Shown here piece by piece: positions 1 to 8,140 of a stretch of 19,411 bases of DNA. A model generated the notes under the pieces. That model was not told the origin of the DNA and ran no database searches. It saw nothing but the letters and a program-made list of their open reading frames with translations. This DNA comes from Planctomycetota bacterium. Lineage in GTDB: Bacteria > Planctomycetota > UBA1135. The stretch is taken from positions 1-19,411 of the forward strand of contig JASFYO010000086.1 in NCBI GenBank assembly GCA_045047305.1, written 5' to 3'. The first letter of the stretch is position 1, and the number at the start of each line of letters is the position of its first letter. The position numbers and the translations under genes were made by a program.

Positions 1-48
1 CAAAGGCATTAAAGCTGCGCGGTTTGTGATCCTGGCGGGAGAGATCTG

Positions 49-63
49 TCTTGAATCTCAAGA
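49..63. repeat. Short inverted repeat TCTTGA-atc-TCAAGA in the non-coding region upstream of the sugar-modification operon
   Basis: Perfect 6-3-6 palindrome read directly from the sequence, about 150 bp upstream of the ATG at 214. Function unknown and may be chance. Confidence 0.3.
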
Positions 64-213
64 TGCTTGCTGGGTTTTGGGCTTAATCAGAGCTTCCCTT
101 ATTGGGCCTGGGAAATACTAGGATATCACTAAAATTTACCTCGGGAATCTACCCTGAATTTGCCGAAAGTACCTGTGCAGGCCACAAGGCCACACCGCCG
201 CCATCCATTTGCC

Positions 214-1431
214 ATGAAGAAAACACTCTCTCGTACTCTGCCAAACGACCAAAACATCACTGGGCGTACTTTTGGCGAGGAAGAGCAGACCGCCGTTTTG
301 GCCGCGCTCGCCAGCGGAACTCTTACCAGTACTAAGGGTAGTTTCGTAAAACAGCTAGAAGCTCGTTTCGCGGAACAGCTTGGCGTCGGTCATGCTTTTG
401 CTTGCACCTCGGGAACGGCCGCGATTCATGTCGCGATAGCCGCCTTGGATTTGGAGCCTGGGGATGAAGTGATTACGACTTCCATCACCGACATGGGTGC
501 ACTGACACCGATTTTGGCGCAGGGCGCGATTCCCGTTTTTGCCGACGTCGACCCCCACACCTTAAACGTGACTGCCGCATCGATTGAAGCGGTCATGAGT
601 GAGCGCACCAAAGTGATCCTTGCGACGCACCTATTTGGAGATCCTTGCGCGATGGAGGCCATCATGCAGTTGGCGGAAGCCAAAGGGGTCGCGGTGATTG
701 AAGATTGTTGCCAGGCCTTTGGCGCATCCGATCAAGGTAAGCCCGTCGGCACGATCGGTGCGATTGGGTGCTTTAGTTTGCAACAAGGCAAACACATCAC
801 GACCGGTGAAGGCGGATTAGTGGTCACCAACGATGATGCCTTGGCGCGTCGCTTGTTTTTGCTGATCAATAAAGCGTGGGGGTACGGCGATCAAAATCCC
901 GACCATTACTTCCTCGCTCTGAATTACCGCATGAATGAAATCACCGGTGCCGTGGCATTGGCGCAGTTGGACAAACTGGAAGGCAGTGTGTCCGCACGGA
1001 TTCAAAATGCAGAGCAGCTTTCGGCAGCCCTAGATGGCGTGGAAGGGATTGCATTACCACTTGCGGGAAATGGGAGGCGTCACACCTACTGGCGCTATTG
1101 CTTGGACGTCGATGCCGATGTTATCCCAGGAGGAACCGATGCTCTTGGCGCCGCGTTGCGTGCTCGAGGCATCGGGTGTGCGCCACGCTACATTCAAAAG
1201 CCAGCATTCCAGTGTCAGGTTTTCACCGAACAGCGCACCTTTGGCACTAGCCGGTGGCCGTTCACTTTAGCCTCGAAGGATGCAGTGGATTACACCCCTG
1301 CACATTTCCCGGGCACTTTCGACGCTTTGAGTCGCGTTCTCGTCCTGCCGTGGAATGAACGTTTCACCTCCGACGACGTCCTCTTTATTGCTGCTGCGAT
1401 CCGAGAATCAGTCAGCGAACTTCTAGCTTAG
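214..1431 (+). CDS. DegT/DnrJ/EryC1/StrS-family PLP-dependent (nucleotide-sugar) aminotransferase, 405 aa
   Basis: Family motifs TSGTAAIH, GDEVI, PVFADVD, IEDCCQA, FSLQQGKHITTGEGG (PLP lysine codon at 790-792) and NYRMNE. ATG 214 is preferred over the TTG at 160 because the extra 18 aa are not family-like. Confidence 0.93.
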   Translation: MKKTLSRTLPNDQNITGRTFGEEEQTAVLAALASGTLTSTKGSFVKQLEARFAEQLGVGHAFACTSGTAAIHVAIAALDLEPGDEVITTSITDMGALTPILAQGAIPVFADVDPHTLNVTAASIEAVMSERTKVILATHLFGDPCAMEAIMQLAEAKGVAVIEDCCQAFGASDQGKPVGTIGAIGCFSLQQGKHITTGEGGLVVTNDDALARRLFLLINKAWGYGDQNPDHYFLALNYRMNEITGAVALAQLDKLEGSVSARIQNAEQLSAALDGVEGIALPLAGNGRRHTYWRYCLDVDADVIPGGTDALGAALRARGIGCAPRYIQKPAFQCQVFTEQRTFGTSRWPFTLASKDAVDYTPAHFPGTFDALSRVLVLPWNERFTSDDVLFIAAAIRESVSELLA

Positions 1432-1433
1432 TC

Positions 1434-2438
1434 ATGACTCAACCTATTCGATTTGGCCTGATTGGTGCAGGCGCCATTGCAAACGCTCATTTAGAGGCGC
1501 TGCAATCCCTGAATGACCTTGCGCTATGTGTTGGAATTCACGATTTAGATGCAACTGCGGCGCAAGCCATGGCGGACCAAGTGGGCTGCCAAGCATTCCA
1601 AAATCTAGACGCTTTCCTCAGTGAAGCAAAGCCCGATGCGGTGATTCTTTGCACTCCTCCCTCAACCCATGCACCGCTCGCCATGGCGATGATGGATCGT
1701 GGGATTTCGGTGTTGTGCGAGAAGCCGTTAAGCATACGCCCTGAAAATGCACGTGCGATGCTCGCAGCAGCAGAAGCTGCAGGGGTAGTTTTCACCATGG
1801 CGTCGAAGTTCCGTTACGTCGATGACGTCGAGAAAGCGCGCAATCTCATTCAAGAAGGCACGCTTGGCGAGATCGTTTTGTTGGAGAACACCTTCGCAGC
1901 ACGTGTCGATATGTCTGGGCGTTGGAATGCAACTCCAGAGATTGGTGGTGGCGGCGTTTTAATCGACAATGGCACTCACTCCGCCGACATCGTGCGCTAC
2001 CTGCTTGGCCCAGTCCGTGAGGTGCAAGCGACCGAAGGAAATCGCTTCCAAAAGTTGGATGTCGAGGACACGGTGCACCTATTCCTGCGCAGCGAGGCTG
2101 GTGTTTTAGCTAGTATCGACCTATCGTGGAGCATCAATAAGCAGCTCGATTACTACATCGGAATCTATGGTACTGAAGGCATCATCCGCATTGGATGGAA
2201 GGAGTCTTTCTCTGAAAGACCGAATAATGGGGGTAAGCACGTGTTTGGAAGTGGTTACTCGAAGCTTGGAGCCTTCGAGGCTCAGCTACGCAACTTCATT
2301 GGTGCCATGCGGGGGACGGAAGAACTGCGCATCTCCCCAGATGAAGCATTAGACTCGGTGGAGGTCATTGCGGCCGCTTACCGCTCGCTCGATGCGAACG
2401 ATTGGGCCACGGTTGCACCCGCTCACGCTACGCATTGA
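1434..2438 (+). CDS. Gfo/Idh/MocA-family NAD(P)-dependent oxidoreductase (putative sugar dehydrogenase), 334 aa
   Basis: N-terminal GLIGAGAIA Rossmann motif, VLCEKP and GGGVLIDNGTH. Starts 2 bp after the upstream stop codon. Confidence 0.92.
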   Translation: MTQPIRFGLIGAGAIANAHLEALQSLNDLALCVGIHDLDATAAQAMADQVGCQAFQNLDAFLSEAKPDAVILCTPPSTHAPLAMAMMDRGISVLCEKPLSIRPENARAMLAAAEAAGVVFTMASKFRYVDDVEKARNLIQEGTLGEIVLLENTFAARVDMSGRWNATPEIGGGGVLIDNGTHSADIVRYLLGPVREVQATEGNRFQKLDVEDTVHLFLRSEAGVLASIDLSWSINKQLDYYIGIYGTEGIIRIGWKESFSERPNNGGKHVFGSGYSKLGAFEAQLRNFIGAMRGTEELRISPDEALDSVEVIAAAYRSLDANDWATVAPAHATH

Positions 2439-3052
2439 AAATCCACCCAACCGCGATCGTAGAAGATGGCGTCCTTCTTGGTGAAGGCACCTCGGTGTGG
2501 GACAATGTGCACTTACGCGCTCCCTCGAAAATAGGTTGCGATTGCATCATCGGAGAGAAAACTTACATCGCTTACGATGTGACGATTGGCGACCGCGTAA
2601 AGATCAACGCCTTCGTTTACGTCTGCGCTGCGGTGACCATAGAAGATGGCGTGATGATTAGCGCTGGAACTGTGTTTACCAATGACCGATTCCCGCGTGC
2701 AACCACACCCGACCTAAAGCAGTTGCGTGGTTCCGAACCGGACGAGCACACCTTGCCCACCTTGGTTAAGGAGGGTGCCACCGTTGGTGCGCGCTGCGTG
2801 ATTGGCAATGACCTTTCTCTCGGCCGCTTCTGCATGGTCGGTATGGGATCTGTCGTAACTAAGTCCGTCCCTGATTTTCATTTGGTAGTTGGACACCCTG
2901 CACGTTCAGTCGGATTCGTGTGCCGCTGCGGTGAGCCCCTTGCCCGTTTTCAAGCTGGGAATGCTCCGCTCCGTGGTGATTACACCTGCTCTTCCTGCGC
3001 TCGTAGTTATGCGCTGCAGAACGGAGAGGTTGAGGAATCCTCGTCTTCCTAA
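2435..3052 (+). CDS. Hexapeptide-repeat (left-handed beta-helix) N-acyl/acetyltransferase, WbpD/WlbB-like, with C-terminal Cys4 motif, 205 aa
   Basis: KIHPTAIVEDG N-terminus, IG-repeat hexapeptides, VFTNDRFPRA, VGMGSVVTKSVP, VVGHPAR, and C-terminal CRCG...CSSC. TTG start at 2435 overlaps the upstream TGA (TTGA). Confidence 0.88.
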   Translation: MKIHPTAIVEDGVLLGEGTSVWDNVHLRAPSKIGCDCIIGEKTYIAYDVTIGDRVKINAFVYVCAAVTIEDGVMISAGTVFTNDRFPRATTPDLKQLRGSEPDEHTLPTLVKEGATVGARCVIGNDLSLGRFCMVGMGSVVTKSVPDFHLVVGHPARSVGFVCRCGEPLARFQAGNAPLRGDYTCSSCARSYALQNGEVEESSSS

Positions 3053-3058
3053 ATCGCC

Positions 3059-4405
3059 ATGTCTGAGATCCCCCAGAGTCGGAGTTGGGCTGTCGTCGGC
3101 GGAGGCATGTGTGGCATGACTCTGGCCTTGCGCTTGGCGGAGGCGGGACATGATGTCACCCTCATCGAGGCCAGCGATCGCCTAGGTGGTCTTGCCGACG
3201 CCTGGCAAGTTGGCGATCTCACTTGGGATCGGCACTATCATGTGACCCTGCTTTCTGATGCCCAAACGCGCAAAGTGTTACGCGACATTGGGGTGGAAGA
3301 TGCATTGCAGTGGTGCATTACCAAGACTGGGTACTACCGTGAGAAGCGGTTGGTCTCGATGTCGAATGCCTGGGAGTACTTGCGCTTGCCAGGACTCAAC
3401 TTGCTGCAGAAAATGCGTTTGGCTTGGACGATTACTTATGCGTCGAAATTGAAGGATTGGAAAAAGCTGGAAGCGATTCCGGTGGAGGAGTGGTTGACTA
3501 AGCTTTCCGGTCGTGGAGTGATGGAGGGCTTATGGCGCCCTTTGCTACGTGCGAAATTGGGTGACCGCTACAGCGCATGCTCGGCGGCATTTATTTGGGC
3601 AACCATTAAACGCCTTTATGCCGCGCGCGAATCCGGATTGAAAACAGAGAAGTTCGGTTACGTCGCGGGTGGCTATGACTCGGTAGTGAGCGGGTTTACA
3701 CGTCGCTTCGAAGAGCTAGGGGTGAAGGTGAAACTCAAGGCGCCGGTAGAAGAGATTGGCGCGATATCAGAAGGATTGACTTTGCGGATGACGGATGGGT
3801 CGACGCAAGATTTTGACCGCGTCGTCGGAACCATGACTCCACGTCGGGCCGCAACGATGTGCCCGAGTTTGCAGCCAGAGGAATTAGGATTGTTGCAGGG
3901 CGTCGAGTTTCAAGGGTTAGTCTGCGCCTCTTTGGTGTTGAAGAAACCGCTTGCAGACTACTACCTGACTTACCTGATGGATGCCGATCTGCCATTCACC
4001 GCGGTCATCGAGATGACAGCGATGGTGTCGCCCGAGCAGTTGCATGGCAATCACCTGATTTATCTACCGCTCTATTTGCACGCAGATGACCCGCGCTTCA
4101 AGATGTCGGATGACGAGGTTGAATCTACCTTCCTTGCTGGCCTAGAGCGTGTGTACCCCAACTTTCACCTGGACGACGTCCTCGCTTGTCGGATTTCCCG
4201 AGTAGCAGAGGTCTTCCCCTTGCCAGTGCTGAATTATTCTGAAAAAGTACCACCAAGCCACACTAGTTTGCCCGGTTTGCATTTGGTCAATGCGTCGCAG
4301 ATTTTGAACGGAACTTTGAACGTCAATGAAACCGTGGGCTTGGCCGAGCGTTGTGCCGAGTCATTACTCGCCCACGATGGTATGCATCTGGAAGTGGAAG
4401 CATGA
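3059..4405 (+). CDS. FAD-dependent oxidoreductase (amine oxidase/protoporphyrinogen-oxidase-like fold; function unknown), 448 aa
   Basis: Dinucleotide-binding motif AVVGGGMCG...VTLIEASDRLGGL, followed by DRHYH and KTGYY. These resemble the uncharacterised HemY-like family commonly found in glycan loci. Confidence 0.85.
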   Translation: MSEIPQSRSWAVVGGGMCGMTLALRLAEAGHDVTLIEASDRLGGLADAWQVGDLTWDRHYHVTLLSDAQTRKVLRDIGVEDALQWCITKTGYYREKRLVSMSNAWEYLRLPGLNLLQKMRLAWTITYASKLKDWKKLEAIPVEEWLTKLSGRGVMEGLWRPLLRAKLGDRYSACSAAFIWATIKRLYAARESGLKTEKFGYVAGGYDSVVSGFTRRFEELGVKVKLKAPVEEIGAISEGLTLRMTDGSTQDFDRVVGTMTPRRAATMCPSLQPEELGLLQGVEFQGLVCASLVLKKPLADYYLTYLMDADLPFTAVIEMTAMVSPEQLHGNHLIYLPLYLHADDPRFKMSDDEVESTFLAGLERVYPNFHLDDVLACRISRVAEVFPLPVLNYSEKVPPSHTSLPGLHLVNASQILNGTLNVNETVGLAERCAESLLAHDGMHLEVEA

Positions 4406-5361
4406 AGCGCAAAGCAAGCTTGTCTTTGGACCTAGATAACCAGTGGTCCTACATGAAGACCCACGGCGACTCCGGATGGGAGAGTTTCCCTAGCTATTTG
4501 GACGTAGTGGTGCCGCGTATTCTTGCCATGCTGGAGGAACGGGATTTGAAGATCACGTTTTTCATTGTCGGTCAAGATGCAGCACTCGAAAAGAACCATC
4601 ATGCGCTGCGTATGATTGCGGAAGACGGACATGAGATTGGCAATCACTCCTTTCATCATGAACCTTGGCTGCATCTTTATTCCGATGAAGAGGTGCATGC
4701 AGAATTGGAACAAGCGGAAGGCGTCATCCAAAACGCCACCGGCATTTGCCCCGACATGTTCCGCGGCCCAGGCTTTAGTTTGTCGCCCGGCGTTTTGCGC
4801 GTCCTGAAAGCGCGCAACTACCGTTTTGATGCATCCACGATGCCGACTTACCTAGGCCCTTTGGCTCGTGCTTACTATTTGCGTTCGGCCAAGCTCGAGG
4901 GCGAGGAACGGGAAAAACGTGCTAAGTTATTTGGCACATGGAAGGAAGGGGTAAAGCCGGTTAAGCCTTATCAGTGGCAACTCGATGATGGCCCCTTACT
5001 GGAAATCCCGGTCACAACCATGCCGTGGTTGAAGCTACCTTTCCACTTGAGTTATGTGCTTTACCTCAGCACCTTTTCTTCTGTAGTGGCCAGCCTTTAC
5101 TTCCGCACGGCTTTACGCTTTTGTCGTATGGCTAGATTCGGCCCTTCTTTGTTGTTACATCCGCTGGATTTCCTCAGCGCGGAAGATGTGCAAGGCCTAG
5201 ACTTTTTTCCGGGCATGAAGATGCCGCTAGAGAAAAAGCTGCAGCGTGTTGGCCACTACCTCGATCTCTATGCTGCAGCCTTCGAAGTACTACCGATGGG
5301 GGAATTCGCTCAGTCCCTTACCCACAGTTCATACGGCCCACTGCCAAAGCGCAAGCTGTAG
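4402..5361 (+). CDS. Polysaccharide deacetylase family protein (CE4/NodB-like), 319 aa
   Basis: SLDLD, TFFIVG, HEIGNHSFHH (metal-binding His pair), FRGPG and LHPLDF motifs. ATGA overlap with the upstream gene at 4402-4405. Confidence 0.9.
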   Translation: MKRKASLSLDLDNQWSYMKTHGDSGWESFPSYLDVVVPRILAMLEERDLKITFFIVGQDAALEKNHHALRMIAEDGHEIGNHSFHHEPWLHLYSDEEVHAELEQAEGVIQNATGICPDMFRGPGFSLSPGVLRVLKARNYRFDASTMPTYLGPLARAYYLRSAKLEGEEREKRAKLFGTWKEGVKPVKPYQWQLDDGPLLEIPVTTMPWLKLPFHLSYVLYLSTFSSVVASLYFRTALRFCRMARFGPSLLLHPLDFLSAEDVQGLDFFPGMKMPLEKKLQRVGHYLDLYAAAFEVLPMGEFAQSLTHSSYGPLPKRKL

Positions 5362-7445
5362 TGAAGCTCTGTGAGCTGCGAACTTAGGTCCGCGGTATAG
5401 GGGCTCACTATGACGTAGTCCGCAAGTTCCGATGCCAACAGAGCGGAAGCATCTTCATTCGACATGGTGCCATGCAGGAACTCGAACGCAAGGCGCTCGC
5501 GGCGCATGGCTTCCTCTTCTCGCCCTAGCGCAATGAGCGGGGGTGGGGTTTGGAAATCGCGGGCATAAACAAAATCGAAATCTAAGACTAGAGGCGCGAG
5601 GTGGGTGACTTCATCCAGGTGACAAAGCACACGATGCTTTGGTCCCATTGGAAGTTGAGTCAGGTGGCTTGCGAGATCGAGGAGCCCGCTTGGAATTTTA
5701 TACGGATTTTCAACCTTGAACATAACGATGCCTTTGTCTGGTGGGGAATAGAGATTGCTTCTACTCCAGACATAATGCGCCCCGCTCAAAGGCATGGCTG
5801 CGAGCAGCGCAGCTACCCCGAAAATGGGTTTCCAGCGGCCATGGTTTTTCTGCTCCAGGGACGCGTAAAGGCTAGCGCCAATTCCAGCAAAAAGGAACGG
5901 TATCGGAAGTAACCAGAATATGCGCAGGTACCCCCACTTTCCGGATGCGAGATCTTGGATAAATCCATACAGCAGGGGGTTCAAGAGGAAGACCGCGAGA
6001 CCGCCAAGAAATAAAATGGGAAAGACTTGTTTCCGGCTTTGCGGAAGAAGCAACAGCAGCAGCGGGGTACTTAAGAGAGAAAAAAGTTCTAAGGCTCCAC
6101 CGCCAGAACGAAGTTGAAGAAAAATGAAGAAGAAAAGATCTGCCCAACTTGTGTCGACACTTTCTCCCAGAGTTGCTTCTTGCAAACCGTGGTCATTCTG
6201 TAGACGTAAAAACACCACGAATAGAATCTGTGGCGCCGCGGCAAGGCACAGGATGAGGCCCTGCTTGAGAGAATCAGTATTTCGCTTTAGGAAAAAATAC
6301 GCTAAGGAAAGGGTGCCTAAGATTGCAGGGACCAACAGGATTGCGGTTGGTGCCCACCCCATACAGGCGCAGGAAATAAGGAATAGAAGCGCCCAGCTAC
6401 CTTTGCTGCTGGAGCGAAGGAATTGCAGGCTGTGCAGAATGAGCGCAAGGGCTCCAAGGTGCATGAGCCAAGTCTTGCCTTGTTGAGGCCGTGTTAATAA
6501 ATAGTTGTTTGGAGTCCAATGGCTGCTGACTCCGAAAAGGAAGTAGGCCAGTAAAAACACCATCGCCACCGTAAGTAATTGCTTTGGCAAGAATAAGCGC
6601 AGTAAGCTGGCATATAGAGCGAGGCTAAATAGAAGCAGGATAGGCCCGACAATGCTGCGTAGTACGATGAGAGTGTGTAGGCCAGAAAGCCGCCCAAGCA
6701 TGGCGCCCCACAATTCAAAAGATTGCCAGGCATATACCGGATTCGCGGGCAGCTCTTCGCCACGGTGAGTCGGAGCGAATTGCCCCATGGCCGGTGAATC
6801 TTGTAAAAGAAGGGATTCGGAAAGGTATAGGTTGTCGTCGGCATCGGCACGATGATGCAAGGTTGGGGTAATGATGGCCATCGCCAGCAATCCAATGAAT
6901 AGAAGACCTATGGCGCGGCTGGAGCGGATTGGTGCGATTGCATCGGTCCTTTTGCCGCGGGCTAAGAGGTAAAGGTTGGCGGCAAAACTCATTCCAATCA
7001 AGCCGAGGGCAATAACCCTTGGCACCAAGTCGAGTGCTAGGCTAACTGTCGCTCCAAGGCTAAGTAAGAGTGCTGGAAGAAGACCGCGGATATTTTGAAA
7101 GATGGGGGCCGCGGAGAGCGTGTCTGTAGCGACCTGCGCCTGTTGGACAGGCAGTCTCTTGTGCTTGCGAGCAAAGACCTCAGCAGCAGCCGTAGCTACT
7201 ACCCAAACCACGCCGACCATAAGCATCGCCGTTAGTGTTTCGGCGTGTCCAATAAGTAGTGGGCCGGTGATGATGGAAAACGCGCCAAAGGCATACACCA
7301 AGGCCATGGCTAAATCTTGGTAAAAAGGTTGCCGCCTCTGAGCCTTTCCGATGGAGAGAAAACGCCATGCGGGCCAAACAAAGGCGCCTATCAGCAATAA
7401 GCATATAAGGCTGGATGCAAGTGGGAGGGTGGTGGCGAACTCCAT
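5310..7445 (-). CDS. Polytopic integral membrane protein, DUF6077-like / possible GT-C-fold transferase, 711 aa
   Basis: Many hydrophobic segments, an acidic loop motif DADDNLY (residues 201-207, about 6825-6845), RPQQGK, and a soluble C-terminal domain ending in YELW. Starts 2 bp after the PPTase stop. The CDS is secure; the family call is from motif recall. Confidence 0.7.
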   Translation of the reverse strand: MEFATTLPLASSLICLLLIGAFVWPAWRFLSIGKAQRRQPFYQDLAMALVYAFGAFSIITGPLLIGHAETLTAMLMVGVVWVVATAAAEVFARKHKRLPVQQAQVATDTLSAAPIFQNIRGLLPALLLSLGATVSLALDLVPRVIALGLIGMSFAANLYLLARGKRTDAIAPIRSSRAIGLLFIGLLAMAIITPTLHHRADADDNLYLSESLLLQDSPAMGQFAPTHRGEELPANPVYAWQSFELWGAMLGRLSGLHTLIVLRSIVGPILLLFSLALYASLLRLFLPKQLLTVAMVFLLAYFLFGVSSHWTPNNYLLTRPQQGKTWLMHLGALALILHSLQFLRSSSKGSWALLFLISCACMGWAPTAILLVPAILGTLSLAYFFLKRNTDSLKQGLILCLAAAPQILFVVFLRLQNDHGLQEATLGESVDTSWADLFFFIFLQLRSGGGALELFSLLSTPLLLLLLPQSRKQVFPILFLGGLAVFLLNPLLYGFIQDLASGKWGYLRIFWLLPIPFLFAGIGASLYASLEQKNHGRWKPIFGVAALLAAMPLSGAHYVWSRSNLYSPPDKGIVMFKVENPYKIPSGLLDLASHLTQLPMGPKHRVLCHLDEVTHLAPLVLDFDFVYARDFQTPPPLIALGREEEAMRRERLAFEFLHGTMSNEDASALLASELADYVIVSPYTADLSSQLTELHYSLRFGSGPYELWVRD

Positions 7446-7447
7446 GT

Positions 7448-8140
7448 TCAGGCGGTAGGCATCGTGGGCTCCAAGAGAAGCGCGATACTTAATAATGTCT
7501 TATTTTGCCTGATGTGGTGGAGTTGTAGCAAGCATCCGGCGGGCAGGCGGCGCTCAAGATCCTGCAAAGGTTTCACTTTTGGTCGTTGGCCTTGTGCAAA
7601 TCCATCCACTTCCATCGCATGAAAGCCAAGGCCGTGATTCCCTAAGGGGTGCATGGCTTTGTAAACCGCCTCCTTCATGCCAAAGACGGCGAGAACGAAA
7701 ATGGAATGCTCAGTTAGCGGAAGATGTTTTTCCATGGCATCCATCTCATTCCCCGTGAGAATCTCGGCGAACAAATTTTGTTTTAATGGACGGTCATCTT
7801 CAACGTCAACGCCAAGCCCGAGTAAGGAGGAGGTCTTTTGCGCTATCAGTGCTGCGCACCAGTGGCGGCTGTGACTAAGCGATCCGAGAATCTCCTGAGG
7901 CCATTGTGGGCTGCGGTCCTCGTTGGCCAAGAGAGGCGTTGAGGGGAAACCCAATTGCTGTAGAGCTTGATGCGCCAAGATCCGTGCCGACGCAAATTCT
8001 TGCTGCCGACTACGAATCGCTTGCTCGACCATGGCTTGTTCTTCAGCGCAAAGTTCCTGCATCGCATCACGTACTGGCGCGACAGAAAGTTTCACTCCCG
8101 CTGGAAGTTGCGAACTAAGCGCAGCCAAGGAGGAGTTCAT
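7448..8140 (-). CDS. 4'-phosphopantetheinyl transferase (EntD/Sfp type), 230 aa
   Basis: RQQEFASAR, PQWP..GSLSHS, GLGVDVE and FGMKEAVYKA motifs. ATG at 8140 overlaps the PKS stop (ATGA), which favours it over the TTG at 8191. Confidence 0.92.
   Translation of the reverse strand: MNSSLAALSSQLPAGVKLSVAPVRDAMQELCAEEQAMVEQAIRSRQQEFASARILAHQALQQLGFPSTPLLANEDRSPQWPQEILGSLSHSRHWCAALIAQKTSSLLGLGVDVEDDRPLKQNLFAEILTGNEMDAMEKHLPLTEHSIFVLAVFGMKEAVYKAMHPLGNHGLGFHAMEVDGFAQGQRPKVKPLQDLERRLPAGCLLQLHHIRQNKTLLSIALLLEPTMPTA

Noticed and set aside
130..170. TAAA ... GCCGAAAG resembling a sigma-28 promoter
   Set aside because: The spacing between the elements is about 28 bp rather than about 15, and the -10 match is imperfect.
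160..213. Longer N-terminus of the aminotransferase from TTG 160
   Set aside because: The extension is not family-like; ATG 214 gives a normal length.
2402..2438. Possible frameshifted dehydrogenase-acyltransferase fusion
   Set aside because: The TTGA stop/start overlap and a typical (M)KIHPTAIV N-terminus explain it as two coupled genes.
3059..4405. Annotation as hemY/protoporphyrinogen oxidase or glf (UDP-galactopyranose mutase)
   Set aside because: Only the generic FAD-binding fold is recognisable; there is no haem context and no specific motif justifying a gene symbol.
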